Shown one piece after another: positions 37,013 to 46,520 of a DNA stretch of 64,000 nucleotides. The notes below the pieces were generated by a model that was given only the letters and a program-made list of their open reading frames with translations, was not told the DNA's origin and did not search any database. The stretch comes from Pyrinomonadaceae bacterium (GTDB taxonomy: Bacteria; Acidobacteriota; Blastocatellia; Pyrinomonadales; Pyrinomonadaceae), in contig DASUNM010000015.1 in the NCBI GenBank assembly GCA_036277115.1, positions 108,451 through 172,450 on the forward strand, written 5' to 3'. The first letter of the stretch is position 1; each line of letters begins with the position of its first letter. The position numbers and the translations under genes were made by a program.

Positions 37013-37225
37013 ATGGCAGACACAATTAAAGGCAACAACGACGGTGAAAATGGTGAGAACGACTCATACACAATACCTGGACGTGGCTCCCACATTGCTC
37101 GTCGCACTATCGTCCGAGAAGTTAAAGACGGTAAGCATCCGAACTTTGGAATCTATGAAAGAAACGGCGTCGAGTACGTTCGCGGCAAACCGGACTCCAA
37201 AACCAGAAATAACGTTAATGATTAG
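37013..37225 (+). CDS. 70-aa hypothetical protein (possibly DUF3892-like)
   Basis: ATG at 37013 with an AAAGGAG RBS. ..IVREVKDGKHPNFGIYERNGVEYVRGKPDSKTRNNV. Confidence 0.45.
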   Translation: MADTIKGNNDGENGENDSYTIPGRGSHIARRTIVREVKDGKHPNFGIYERNGVEYVRGKPDSKTRNNVND

Positions 37226-37405
37226 CTCTACAAGACGACTGTAGCTGATAAAGGTGTGCCTGCGACATAGCTGCCATTCCATGTTGCACCGTTGGGTCTT
37301 TACACACTATTCGCACATCACTGCGAGGAAAAGGGTGACAACAGTGGGCACTAAGAGGACCCTAATTTTAAAACGATGCGGTTTTGCTAAGGAACATGAA
37401 AAGGA

Positions 37406-37490
37406 TGGTGCCGAAGGGGGGACTCGAACCCCCACGAGTTACCTCACACGCCCCTCAAACGTGCGCGTCTACCAGTTCCGCCACTTCGGC
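37406..37490 (-). tRNA. tRNA-Leu (anticodon GAG), CCA encoded
   Basis: The reverse complement reads GCCGAAGTGGCGGAACTGGTAGACGCGCACGTTTGAGGGGCGTGTGAGGTAACTCGTGGGGGTTCGAGTCCCCCCTTCGGCACCA. It has a 7-bp acceptor stem, a GGGGG/CCCCC T-stem, a long variable arm and anticodon loop TTGAGGG. Confidence 0.9.
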
Positions 37491-37539
37491 TCGTTCAGGC
37501 AGGATTATCAAACAGCAACGCCGAATCGAGTTCAGAGTT

Positions 37540-37908
37540 CTACTTGCTCGGTTGCGGCGAAGGCGTGATGACAGTTGAAAACGGAGTCGGGGTCGGCGCC
37601 GCTGTCGTTGGCGAGGCTACGGGCGTCGGCGTCGTCACGGGAGCATCCGTTACACCGGACTGCAAAACCGAACTCGTGCCCGTGAGCCACGGCAGCGAAA
37701 GCATCAATGCAATCAGCATAAAGGCCGACGCCGCGCCGATCGTAATCTTTGCCAGCAAGCTTGCCGTGCCGCGCGGTCCGAACGCCGTGCTCGAAACTGA
37801 GCTGGTGAACAATGCGCCCGCATCGGCCTTGCCTGGTTGCAGCAAGATGACGAGGATCAAAACAACGCACGCCAGAATGAATAATCCGTATAAAACGTAA
37901 GCGATCAT
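37540..37908 (-). CDS. secG: Preprotein translocase subunit SecG with a Thr/Pro-rich C-terminal extension
   Basis: MIAYVLYGLFILACVVLILVILLQPGK..LFTSS..FGPRG. Conserved position between tpiA and tRNA-Leu. Confidence 0.8.
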   Translation of the reverse strand: MIAYVLYGLFILACVVLILVILLQPGKADAGALFTSSVSSTAFGPRGTASLLAKITIGAASAFMLIALMLSLPWLTGTSSVLQSGVTDAPVTTPTPVASPTTAAPTPTPFSTVITPSPQPSK

Positions 37909-37916
37909 AATTAGTT

Positions 37917-37992
37917 AATCGTAAATCGTGAATGGTAAATAGAAGTGCCCTACCCTGCGTTCGTCTATTTACGATTAACTATTCACGATTCT
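37917..37992. repeat. Heptamer-phased inverted repeat (intercistronic hairpin, tpiA-secG)
   Basis: Left arm AATCGTA AATCGTG AATGGTA AATAGAA. Right arm CTATTTA CGATTAA CTATTCA CGATTCT. 37924-33 pairs with 37981-90, and 37935-42 pairs with 37965-72. Confidence 0.6.
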
Positions 37993-38749
37993 ACTTTAGG
38001 TAATTCACAATCTCAGCGAAGCTCTCGGCCTTCAAACTCGCACCGCCGACGAGGGCGCCATCAATATCAGGCTGTTTCATCAAGCCCGTGATGTTGTCCG
38101 GTTTGACTGATCCGCCGTACAAAATCCGCAGGTTTTCCGCCGCGGCCGGCGAGTGTCCTTCCGTAAAAACGCGCCGGATAAACGCGTGCATTTCCTGCGC
38201 TTGCTCCGGCGTCGCGGTGCGTCCAGTACCAATGGCCCAGACAGGTTCGTAAGCAACGATGATACGGTCGAGGTCTGAGGCTGTCAACCCGCTCAAACTG
38301 CCGGTTAGCTGCTCTTTCACCACATCAAGAGCCTTGCCCGCATCGCGCTGATCGAGCGTTTCGCCGACACACACGATCGCGGTCAGGCCCGCGGCGAGTC
38401 CGGCCTGGGCTTTCTTGCTGACGATTTGATCCGTCTCGAGAAAGTATTGGCGACGTTCCGAATGGCCCACAATCACGTGCGAGCAGCCGGCGTCGCGCAC
38501 CATGAAGGCCGCTACTTCACCCGTAAAGGCGCCTTCGTTGTGTTCCGTCGAACAATTCTGCGCCGAGACGCGAATGTTCGAACCCTCCAGACGATCAGCG
38601 ACAGATTTCAACGCCGGGAACACTGGCGCGATAACCACTTCACAGTGATTCGCGTTAGCGACCAAAGGTTTCAAAGCGACGGCCGTCGCCACTGAGTCGG
38701 CGACCGTCTTGTACATCTTCCAGTTTCCAGCAATGACAGGTTTACGCAT
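37991..38749 (-). CDS. tpiA: Triosephosphate isomerase
   Basis: 252 aa. [22 protein letters not shown] and [11 protein letters not shown]. Confidence 0.95.
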   Translation of the reverse strand: MRKPVIAGNWKMYKTVADSVATAVALKPLVANANHCEVVIAPVFPALKSVADRLEGSNIRVSAQNCSTEHNEGAFTGEVAAFMVRDAGCSHVIVGHSERRQYFLETDQIVSKKAQAGLAAGLTAIVCVGETLDQRDAGKALDVVKEQLTGSLSGLTASDLDRIIVAYEPVWAIGTGRTATPEQAQEMHAFIRRVFTEGHSPAAAENLRILYGGSVKPDNITGLMKQPDIDGALVGGASLKAESFAEIVNYLK

Positions 38750-38933
38750 TGTTTAAGTGTCAAAATGAGTTTCGATAGTAGCAAAGCCCGGGGGCCAGGC
38801 GAAGCAGCCAGCCATTAGAGACCGCTCTTCACGAAATACATTCAGTGTTCTTGTCATCAACTTTAGGAACTAATGTTGATTCAAAAGGGGGCCCATTTCT
38901 GGCTTTTTAACCTCACTAAAAAAGGAGATTCCC

Positions 38934-39746
38934 ATGAATCGATTCAATTCTCACTGGGCCTTCAAACTGGTTATGTTCCTGTCTCTCTGTGCTGGGGGTT
39001 CAAACGCGGAAGCCAACGTCCCCCATGTGCAAGCCAACGTCACCCCGGGTAACGTCGGCTCATCCATGCGAGTTGTCAGCAGCGGTCTTTGCATGAGTGT
39101 TTCAGAACACGGCCGCGGCATCTGGCGCGTGGTCCAACAACCGTGTCGGTCTGAGGAAGCGATGTGGTTCTACGCCCGACCGGTTTCCAATACTCAATTT
39201 TTTACCATCGAAGCGAGGCGGCGTTGCCTTGATGTGCCTTCGGGATCTCGAACCTCAGGAGAGCGTCTTCAGCTCTACGCTTGCAACGGGCAAACTAATC
39301 AGCACTTTGAGCTGAGAGCGACTGGTGCGGGGTCATACAAAATTCACCCAAGACTAGCCCCCACTCTGTGCCTGGATATCGAAGAGGGGGATACACAAGC
39401 GGGCAGAAGGCTGCAGCAATTCGCCTGTCACAATGGCAACAATCAGCGGTTTTTGATCCGACCGACGTTGTTGACTGAGATCTTCGATTTTGACAGACGG
39501 GACGTGTTGCACATTGGCTGGCCTAACATTTTAGTGCCCGATCCGTATAACCACCCCTTGTTCGATAGGGTGAATAATGGCACCGTGGTCCACTTCGCGG
39601 CCGCACATGTGCGTTGGTCCGACAGGCCGGGACGTGGCCAAAACTGGTGGGACGATGAGAAAATATGTCCCCGCGGGACTTCGACAATCGAGATTAGCCG
39701 CCTCGAACGCGACCGGAACACGTTTCGAATTCGCTGCTACCAGTAA
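38934..39746 (+). CDS. Secreted ricin-type beta-trefoil lectin domain protein
   Basis: 270 aa with a signal peptide. QxW/F-type repeats LQLYACNGQTNQHFELR and LQQFACHNGNNQRFLIRP. Confidence 0.75.
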   Translation: MNRFNSHWAFKLVMFLSLCAGGSNAEANVPHVQANVTPGNVGSSMRVVSSGLCMSVSEHGRGIWRVVQQPCRSEEAMWFYARPVSNTQFFTIEARRRCLDVPSGSRTSGERLQLYACNGQTNQHFELRATGAGSYKIHPRLAPTLCLDIEEGDTQAGRRLQQFACHNGNNQRFLIRPTLLTEIFDFDRRDVLHIGWPNILVPDPYNHPLFDRVNNGTVVHFAAAHVRWSDRPGRGQNWWDDEKICPRGTSTIEISRLERDRNTFRIRCYQ

Positions 39747-39835
39747 AGTACATGCGGGCGATGTGTTTACGCCTCGCTCTTTAGCAGACTTACAAACTTG
39801 GCTTTTGGCTTGAGCCGGGGCCGTCGATCACGGCA

Positions 39836-41098
39836 CTACTTATCAGTCAGCGAACTGACGCCGGGCAGCTCGTCTCCGGAAAGAAATTCCAGCGTGGCTC
39901 CGCCGCCGGTGGAAATGTGTGTGATGCGATCGGCGACGCCGGCTTTTGTCACCGCCGCGACAGAGTCACCCCCGCCGACAATCACAATCGCGCCGCCATC
40001 CGCAGCTTCGGCGACCGCGCGCGCGATTCCGATTGTGCCCTGGTCGAATGGCGGCTCTTCGAAGACGCCCATCGGACCGTTCCAAATGATCGTCGTCGCA
40101 TCTTTCAAAGCCTGCGAAAAGTGCATCACCGTTTCCACGCCGATGTCCATGCCCGCGTGTCCCGCATTCGTAAATTCAATCGGGATCGTCTTCGCCACAA
40201 TCGCGCTTCCCTTCACCGGCTCGTAGCTGTCGACCACTTGATGATCCGTGGGCAGAAGCAGCTGCACGCCAGACTGTTCGCATCGCTGTTTGATCTCCGA
40301 TGCAGTGTGAAGCTGATCATTTTCCACGAGCGACTTTCCGACGGTGAAGCCTTCAGCCTTTAAAAACGTGTAAGCCATCGCGCCGCCAATTAACAACCGA
40401 TCGACTTTGCGTCCGATAAGCGCGTCAATTACTGGAATTTTGTCCGAGACTTTTGCGCCACCGAGGATCGCAGCGAACGGATGCTCAGGATTCTCAATTA
40501 CGCGGCCTAGATACTCAAGTTCTTTTTCCATCAGCAGACCAGCTGCCGCTTTCTCAACGAACTTTGTGATACCGGCCGTGGACGCGTGCGCGCGATGCGC
40601 CGCGCCGAATGCATCATTGACGTAGAGATCGCAAAGTGAGGCTAGTTCTTTCGCGAAGGCTTCATCATTCTTTTCTTCTTCGGGATGGAAACGAAGATTT
40701 TCGAGCAGCAGCACGTCGCCGTCCTTCATTTGCTCGGTCATTTTCCGGACTTCTTCGCCGATGCAGTCCGGCGCAAAAGTGATTGAGCGGCTGCCACTCT
40801 CGGAGCCGATTGGGCTGGCTATTGCGACTTCGGTTGACGGCGTTCCCAGCAGTTCCTGAAGTTTTTCGTGCGCGGGCCGCAAGCTGTACTTATCGACGCG
40901 TTGACCTTTGGGCCGGCCCAGGTGCGACGCGAGAATCACGCGCGCGCCGTGTTCGATCGCGTAGTTGATGGTGGGTAACGCCGCACGAATGCGCGTGTCG
41001 TCGTCACACCTACCGTCTTTGATGGGGACGTTAAAATCGACTCGGATGAAGACGCGCTTGCCGTTGAGGTCGAGGTCGCGGATGGACAATTTAGTCAT
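39836..41098 (-). CDS. pgk: Phosphoglycerate kinase
   Basis: 420 aa. [22 protein letters not shown] and GGGD. Carries an extra segment of about 17 aa, [20 protein letters not shown]. Confidence 0.95.
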   Translation of the reverse strand: MTKLSIRDLDLNGKRVFIRVDFNVPIKDGRCDDDTRIRAALPTINYAIEHGARVILASHLGRPKGQRVDKYSLRPAHEKLQELLGTPSTEVAIASPIGSESGSRSITFAPDCIGEEVRKMTEQMKDGDVLLLENLRFHPEEEKNDEAFAKELASLCDLYVNDAFGAAHRAHASTAGITKFVEKAAAGLLMEKELEYLGRVIENPEHPFAAILGGAKVSDKIPVIDALIGRKVDRLLIGGAMAYTFLKAEGFTVGKSLVENDQLHTASEIKQRCEQSGVQLLLPTDHQVVDSYEPVKGSAIVAKTIPIEFTNAGHAGMDIGVETVMHFSQALKDATTIIWNGPMGVFEEPPFDQGTIGIARAVAEAADGGAIVIVGGGDSVAAVTKAGVADRITHISTGGGATLEFLSGDELPGVSSLTDK

Positions 41099-41103
41099 TG
41101 TCA

Positions 41104-41247
41104 GTAGTCAGGTGTTCTACTTTGTTCTTTGTACTTTGATTTGTTTCCCAGATTACCTTTTCGATTGAAGTTGGCTGCTGCGCGACGAGGTCAAAGCACG
41201 AAGCACAAAGTACAAAGCACCGCATTGAACCACTGGCAACTGACTAC
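41104..41247. repeat. Heptamer-phased long inverted repeat (intercistronic hairpin, gap-pgk)
   Basis: Outer stem GTAGTCAG (41104-11) pairs with CTGACTAC (41240-47). Left arm GTGTTCT ACTTTGT TCTTTGT ACTTTGA (41112-39). Right arm TCAAAGC ACGAAGC ACAAAGT ACAAAGC (41191-218). Confidence 0.6.
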
Positions 41248-41256
41248 GGACGGTCT

Positions 41257-42264
41257 TCAGAGTCCTTTTCCAGCAATGTACTTGATCAGGTCGCGCACGC
41301 GGCAGGAGTAACCCCACTCGTTGTCGTACCAGGAAAGGATCTTGATCATGTTGCCACCGATCACTTTCGTGTATTCGGAATCGACGATCGAGGAGTTTGA
41401 ATTCTGTTTGAAGTCTGAGGACACGAGCGGCTCTTCAGAGAAGCTCAAGATTCCGGCCAACTCTTCGTTCGCGGCGTCCTTGAGCGCTTTGTTCACTTCT
41501 TCGGTCGTCGTTTCCTTTTCGACAGAGATAACCACGTCCACGAGCGAAACGTTCGGCGTCGGTACGCGGACACTAATGCCATCAAACTTGCCTTTTAGTT
41601 CCGGCAATACGAGCGCAACCGCTTTCGCCGCCCCCGTCGAAGTCGGAATCATGTTCAGCGCCGCAGCGCGCGCACGTCTTAAGTCGCTGTGCGGCAAGTC
41701 GAGCAGTTGCTGATCGTTTGTGTACGAGTGAATCGTGGTCATCTGCGCGTTGCGGATGCCGAACTTTTCGTGGATTACCTTCGCGACGGGCGCCAGGCAA
41801 TTCGTCGTGCACGACGCGTTGGAAATGACATGGTGCGCGGCCGGGTCGTAATTGTCCTCGTTCACGCCGAGCACGATTGTGATGTCTTCATTTTTCGCGG
41901 GCGCCGAGATAATCACTTTCTTGACGCTGCCGCGCAGGTGTTTCTTGGCGTCTTCGGCTTTGGTAAAGCGTCCGGTGGATTCAATGACGATTTCAGCGCC
42001 AACCGATTCCCACGGAATCAACGAAGGATCTCGTTCGGAAAACACCTGGAACTCTTCGCCTTCGACGGTGATTCCCTTTTCCGACGCCTTGATGTCATGT
42101 TCGAGATTCCCGAGCACTGAATCGTATTTCAGCAGGTGCGCCAAAGTCTTTGTATCGGTGATGTCGTTGACGGCGACGAAGTCGATGTCTTTGTCGCCCA
42201 GGGCCGTGCGAAAGATGTTGCGGCCGATGCGTCCAAACCCGTTGATGCCAACTTTAACTGCCAT
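41257..42264 (-). CDS. gap: Type I glyceraldehyde-3-phosphate dehydrogenase
   Basis: 335 aa. [28 protein letters not shown] and WYDNEWGYS. Confidence 0.95.
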   Translation of the reverse strand: MAVKVGINGFGRIGRNIFRTALGDKDIDFVAVNDITDTKTLAHLLKYDSVLGNLEHDIKASEKGITVEGEEFQVFSERDPSLIPWESVGAEIVIESTGRFTKAEDAKKHLRGSVKKVIISAPAKNEDITIVLGVNEDNYDPAAHHVISNASCTTNCLAPVAKVIHEKFGIRNAQMTTIHSYTNDQQLLDLPHSDLRRARAAALNMIPTSTGAAKAVALVLPELKGKFDGISVRVPTPNVSLVDVVISVEKETTTEEVNKALKDAANEELAGILSFSEEPLVSSDFKQNSNSSIVDSEYTKVIGGNMIKILSWYDNEWGYSCRVRDLIKYIAGKGL

Positions 42265-42490
42265 TCCCTGTCCTCCGGAAGCTTTGCGATTTGCACACTT
42301 CAGCCGCAGGTTTGCTGCCTAACGATGAACTGAAGAGGCTGAACTTAGAAAGAAATTGGAAGATAATGCGCGCGCCATTGAGTGTCAAGCGCGTGTTCGT
42401 TTACTGATTGAACAAGTGTCGCCCAAAAGTCTTAGGACGCTAATGCTTGATTGATCGCTGATCACTTCAGATCTGGCTGACAATATTCAA

Positions 42491-42733
42491 CGAAGCTGCA
42501 AAGCAGCGGATGTATTTAAGCCCAAGGCGAGGTTTTGCGAGCCTTGGGTTACGATGGTTAATAAAATTTGTAGGAGCCGCGGAGCGGCGACAAATTTTCG
42601 AGTGCGCAGACTAGTCGCCACACTCCAAAGATGTCGCCCCCTTCGCGGGCTCCGCTGGTCTATACGGGCATGGTTTCCCAAGGCTCGCAAAGCCTCGCCT
42701 TGGGCTTAGCTAAGACCGCTGCTACGCAGCTCG
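42491..42733. repeat. 243-bp MITE-like / long-hairpin element with terminal inverted repeats of about 58 nt
   Basis: 42491-42548 matches the reverse complement of 42677-42733 at roughly 46 of 58 positions. Each end holds a local palindrome CCCAAGGC..GCCTTGGG. Inner segments GGAGCCGCGGAGCGGCGAC and GTCGCCCCCTTCGCGGGCTCC are also complementary. Confidence 0.55.
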
Positions 42734-42861
42734 ACGAGTTTGTTCGCTAACTCGGCTTTTTGGACAAAGCCGCGACGCGCGGTAAAAATGTCTAAACAGA
42801 GACTTACCACAGAGACACGGAGCTTTTCACAGAGACACAGAGCGAAGGCGAATGAGGACAC

Positions 42862-43584
42862 TTACTCTCCCAAGGTCACGGATTGACCGACACGAAGCTC
42901 GCCCGCTCTGACCACCGTACCGTAACCGCCGGCGTAGTTCTTGTTCAGCCGCACAACAGTCCTCATCACTTGAACATCTCGCTCGGCTGTGTCCGGATCA
43001 AGGTTCACCATCCGGCATCGCTCATCCTTCATATAAATCTTGACGGCGGCGGAGTTGTCACCTTCACCAAAAGTCAGTGTCTGGCCCACCCATCGGTCTT
43101 CCGCAAACGGTTCAGCACTGTCGGTTTCGATCACGACGTTTGGGCGAAATCGGCGCAGGTCGAGCTGCCGGCCTGATTCGCGTTCGATGCATTGCACGGT
43201 GGTCGTCGTGATTACCGAAATCGACGCTTCGTCGAAAATGCCGGCCTTGAGATTCATTAATTCGACATCGCTGCCATAGCGCGAAGAAATGTCCTTGCGT
43301 AGTTCGTCACTTCCGAGTTCGTACTCTTTTCCGTCCGGTGTACGAACGTGCGTCGGAAGTTGTGCAGCGTTGTCGCCGTCGAGTCCGAAAGGCTTATAAA
43401 GAATCAACTCCGGCAGTTTGCTGGCGGTCAGCCAGGGGAAATTACTTTTGTCATTGAGTCGCCGAAAAGCCATCCGGCGATCGCCTTCAATGCCATGCCA
43501 ACCAACACTGGCAACATCCAGCATTTCGCCTGCCATTGACTTAACCGGATAACGAAGGATGGCACTAATACGCCCTAAGGTCAT
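42862..43584 (-). CDS. MOSC domain protein (N-terminal beta-barrel plus MOSC)
   Basis: 240 aa. ISAILRYPVKSMAGE, GIEGDRR and RFRPNVVIE. Confidence 0.85.
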   Translation of the reverse strand: MTLGRISAILRYPVKSMAGEMLDVASVGWHGIEGDRRMAFRRLNDKSNFPWLTASKLPELILYKPFGLDGDNAAQLPTHVRTPDGKEYELGSDELRKDISSRYGSDVELMNLKAGIFDEASISVITTTTVQCIERESGRQLDLRRFRPNVVIETDSAEPFAEDRWVGQTLTFGEGDNSAAVKIYMKDERCRMVNLDPDTAERDVQVMRTVVRLNKNYAGGYGTVVRAGELRVGQSVTLGE

Positions 43585-43695
43585 GTGACTTTATAACAAA
43601 CTGTTACTGTGATGATTTAGACGTCTGGCGTCAGGACTTTACCGAATGGCCTAGCTGTTTCCGCGAACCGTATACCAAGATTTGTTGGTCGCGGC

Positions 43696-44952
43696 TTACG
43701 GGCTAGCGACTTTTCGAACAGCGATACCGTAGGGACCCGTACTTGAAGGACTAAAATGACGAACCCGTACGAAGTATTTTCCAGGTAATAGCTGCTGAGT
43801 CAACAGCGACAGGTTGCCCGCTCCGCTATCGTCATCTTCCGCGATCAGTATTGACTCGTTATTCGGTCCGAAAAGACTGACGAACGTATCGGTCGGGCCG
43901 GAGGTTTCAATCGCGTACGTGCCGGCAGTATTCACTTTGATCGTATAACGGTCGCGTTCGCCGCCGTTGCTGATGTTTCCCTGCACCGCTGCCCCGTCGA
44001 TCTTCAATTCGTCTGCCGGTTTTTCATCCGGCCCTGCCGCGCCGTGGACTTCATTGGAATACATGAATTGGACCGGTGTTGGTTTCGGGCCGGGATGCGT
44101 GAGCACTTCTTTGAAGACCCGGTCCAGAGTGTTAGCCGCGATGGGTTGATCACCGATTTCCATGCCCCGGTTCGAGCTGTACCCAACGAAGCGTCCATCC
44201 CCCTGGCGAATGGCGTCACCGACATCTGGATCTGTCTGGGATTCGATCAACTCGTGGTATAGCGTGCACACCACGTTCTTCCACGGCTTGCTGAAAAACG
44301 GGATGCCATTCCGCTTGCCCGCGCGGATGGCGGAATAGACGTTCGCCGAGTAGTAAAGCGTCCGTGACTGGCCGTTGCGATTGAAATGGACCGAGCCGTG
44401 ATAGCCACCCAACCCGTCCCGAGAGCTCGAGCCGTCAAGCGTCAAAATTGTGTCGGGCGGAAGGATCAAATTGAAGATCGTGCGGTCATGGTCGGTGGCA
44501 AGAATGAGGTTCCGATCAAACAAGTCGATAATCTTGTTCTGAACGTCTCGCTCCCCCATCTCATTGGGCCTGGATTCATTCAGAATCACCGACGGAGCGA
44601 CGTCATAGGACACTGGCTTGCCAGGGAAGTATTGCTGTACGATCTCCTTGAGTTGTTCATCGCGCATCACGCGCGTGGTCGCATCGTCAATCGCCTCGAT
44701 GTCACCGGACGCGAAGTCCTTGGCCCGCCCCAAATAGATGTTTTGATAGCCCATCTGCGGAAGGGTCTTGCCACCGCGGAATATCAAATCATCCTTCGGT
44801 GAAGCGGTAACGCCAGGCGCTAGCGCTTCTCGGCGAGGGCTGTGGCCGCTGCGCCGCTGCGCAGCCCAGAAATGGCGAAACTCTGCTTCGGACCCCGGCG
44901 CTGCTTGTACGCGCATTGGGAGTGGACCAAGTTTCTCGTCGTCTTCAGGCAT
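43696..44952 (-). CDS. Hypothetical protein with C-terminal pre-peptidase (PPC-type) domain
   Basis: 418 aa. C-terminal GERDRYTIKVNTAGTYAIETSGPTDTFVSLFGPNN..IAEDDDSG. The N-terminal 300 aa were not recognised. Confidence 0.6.
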   Translation of the reverse strand: MPEDDEKLGPLPMRVQAAPGSEAEFRHFWAAQRRSGHSPRREALAPGVTASPKDDLIFRGGKTLPQMGYQNIYLGRAKDFASGDIEAIDDATTRVMRDEQLKEIVQQYFPGKPVSYDVAPSVILNESRPNEMGERDVQNKIIDLFDRNLILATDHDRTIFNLILPPDTILTLDGSSSRDGLGGYHGSVHFNRNGQSRTLYYSANVYSAIRAGKRNGIPFFSKPWKNVVCTLYHELIESQTDPDVGDAIRQGDGRFVGYSSNRGMEIGDQPIAANTLDRVFKEVLTHPGPKPTPVQFMYSNEVHGAAGPDEKPADELKIDGAAVQGNISNGGERDRYTIKVNTAGTYAIETSGPTDTFVSLFGPNNESILIAEDDDSGAGNLSLLTQQLLPGKYFVRVRHFSPSSTGPYGIAVRKVASP

Positions 44953-45165
44953 ATGATTCTCCTTTTGGTACCTGGCGGCACCGACTGCGGATCAAGTGAA
45001 GCATGGTCTCTCGGGCGCGGCGATTATATTCAACCTTTGCTGCAAATCAAGCAACGCTCGATCACCGCCAATGCCATACCGACTTAGCCTTGTCACATCG
45101 AGTAGTCTTCACCGCTTTTGCTCACGCGAAGGCGGGCGCTCGCTCGATCAATAACTGAAGATCCT

Positions 45166-45198
45166 TCCCGCGCAGAACCATGAAGGAACTGCGCGGGA
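45166..45198 (-). terminator. GC-rich hairpin downstream of the beta-propeller gene (weak terminator candidate)
   Basis: 10-bp perfect stem TCCCGCGCAG/CTGCGCGGGA with a 13-nt loop. No clear U-tract. Confidence 0.3.
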
Positions 45199-45248
45199 GG
45201 ATTGCTTGCGAGCCGATCGGCGTGCGCTTCGATCACTCTTTCGATCGA

Positions 45249-46298
45249 TTAAGGCAGCGGCTGGGCCTTGTCGTCTACGAAGACGTCGAAGACGCAAAAC
45301 AGGGTCGGATTGAAGGGCACGAGGCTGGCATGGTTGGTCACCAGCAACGAACCGGTATGTTTGTCGAAAGCGATGTTGGCCGGGTTGGTCCAGGGCATCG
45401 GATCCGGAGTCCCGCCGGGGTTGTCGGCCGGCCCTGAGTAACGCGCTTCCTCTGTACCATCAGGAAGTAGCACGGAGATTTGGCTTGTACCCGCCAGGGC
45501 GACATACAATTTTCCTGATCTGCCGAACGCGATCCCATCCGGGCCTGCGAGTTGAAATGTCGGGAAGAACGGATAGCGATAAAACTCGTCCAGGTTCAGC
45601 GCGGTAGGGGCAGCCAGAGGCAGACGGTAGATCACGCCGTCCAGGGTGCCGTTCTCGGCAGTCACCGACACATAAACATTGTCATAGTTCTCGTCCATGC
45701 GAATGCCATTTACGCCAAAGGGCACGTTAGGGTCGCCCGCCAGACGTGAGTCCGTGAACCACACCGTTGCCGCGCCGCCTCCGGCCGGGATGCGGTAAAT
45801 CGCCGCCGCAAACGAGTCAGTCACGTAGAGGTTGCCGGCATTGTCGAACGCAAGGTCGTTGGGCAGGGACTGCCCGGGAACCGCTGGAGGAGGAAACGTC
45901 GCATACAGAGACTGCGTGTTACCGGGATTAAGGTCCATGCGGATCACGCCGACGAAAGGCTCGATCACGTAGAGCTTACCGTCGGGTCCGAAGGCGGCGC
46001 ACGATGCAGCGCTCATTCCCGCGAATGGGTTGGTGATGGTGATGGGATAGCTGGCTTCGAACGCACCCGTCTTGAGATCGTAGGCATACACATATGCTGA
46101 GCCGAGGGGCGACCCAAACGTCGCGGGCCCGGAAACGTAGAAGCTGTTACCGCGCGTGGCGATGCCCTCCGGATAGCCGGGCAATGGAACCGGGGCGACC
46201 ACTTTTGAATCACCTAAACTCTGGGCAAGGATGGCGGTTGGGGTTACGACGAGCGCAAGTAGCGCGGTCGCAAAATAAAGAGAGATAGTCCGTTTCAT
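45249..46298 (-). CDS. Secreted SMP-30/gluconolactonase/NHL-like beta-propeller protein
   Basis: 349 aa with a signal peptide. Repeated motifs: GIATRGNSFYVS, GPDGKLYV, DNAGNLYVTD and GRSGKLYVA. Confidence 0.65.
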   Translation of the reverse strand: MKRTISLYFATALLALVVTPTAILAQSLGDSKVVAPVPLPGYPEGIATRGNSFYVSGPATFGSPLGSAYVYAYDLKTGAFEASYPITITNPFAGMSAASCAAFGPDGKLYVIEPFVGVIRMDLNPGNTQSLYATFPPPAVPGQSLPNDLAFDNAGNLYVTDSFAAAIYRIPAGGGAATVWFTDSRLAGDPNVPFGVNGIRMDENYDNVYVSVTAENGTLDGVIYRLPLAAPTALNLDEFYRYPFFPTFQLAGPDGIAFGRSGKLYVALAGTSQISVLLPDGTEEARYSGPADNPGGTPDPMPWTNPANIAFDKHTGSLLVTNHASLVPFNPTLFCVFDVFVDDKAQPLP

Positions 46299-46520
46299 TT
46301 AAATTATCCTCCAGGGGTTCTTTGAATATTAACCGTCAGTGTTGTGTGAGGGTCACAATCAGCGAACAGGGCTAAGTTCGACAACTCATCCCGATCACCT
46401 CCTTTTAATTCAATTTGCTAACAGCTAACACATCACCGCAAGCTGAATATAGATTTTTTTCATTCGTTGCTGATACGTGATTCTGCGAACCATACGCCAC
46501 GACAAAGAGTGCGGAGCTTC

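Noticed and set aside
18204-37490. The CHAT island, and possibly the NTPase operon, might be a genomic island integrated at tRNA-Leu.
   Set aside because: No integrase, transposase or visible direct repeat of the tRNA 3' end occurs in the window, and the flanking small genes face away. It cannot be supported from this sequence alone.
40780-40850. Extra segment of about 17 aa ([20 protein letters not shown]) in Pgk, making it 420 aa.
   Set aside because: It is in frame, lies in a loop-like Ser/Gly-rich region and all catalytic motifs are intact. It is probably a lineage-specific surface insertion and not obviously meaningful.
42795-42838. Direct repeats CACAGAGACAC at 42808-18 and 42828-38, plus a partial AACAGAGAC at 42795-803, downstream of the MOSC gene.
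   Set aside because: There are only two full copies of 11 nt and no associated structure or gene. This could be chance or a minor protein-binding site.
43696-44952. An HELIE sequence in the N-terminal part of the PPC-domain protein, considered as a metalloprotease HExxH motif.
   Set aside because: The motif is HExxE, not HExxH, and no downstream third ligand motif was recognised. A protease call would be unsupported.
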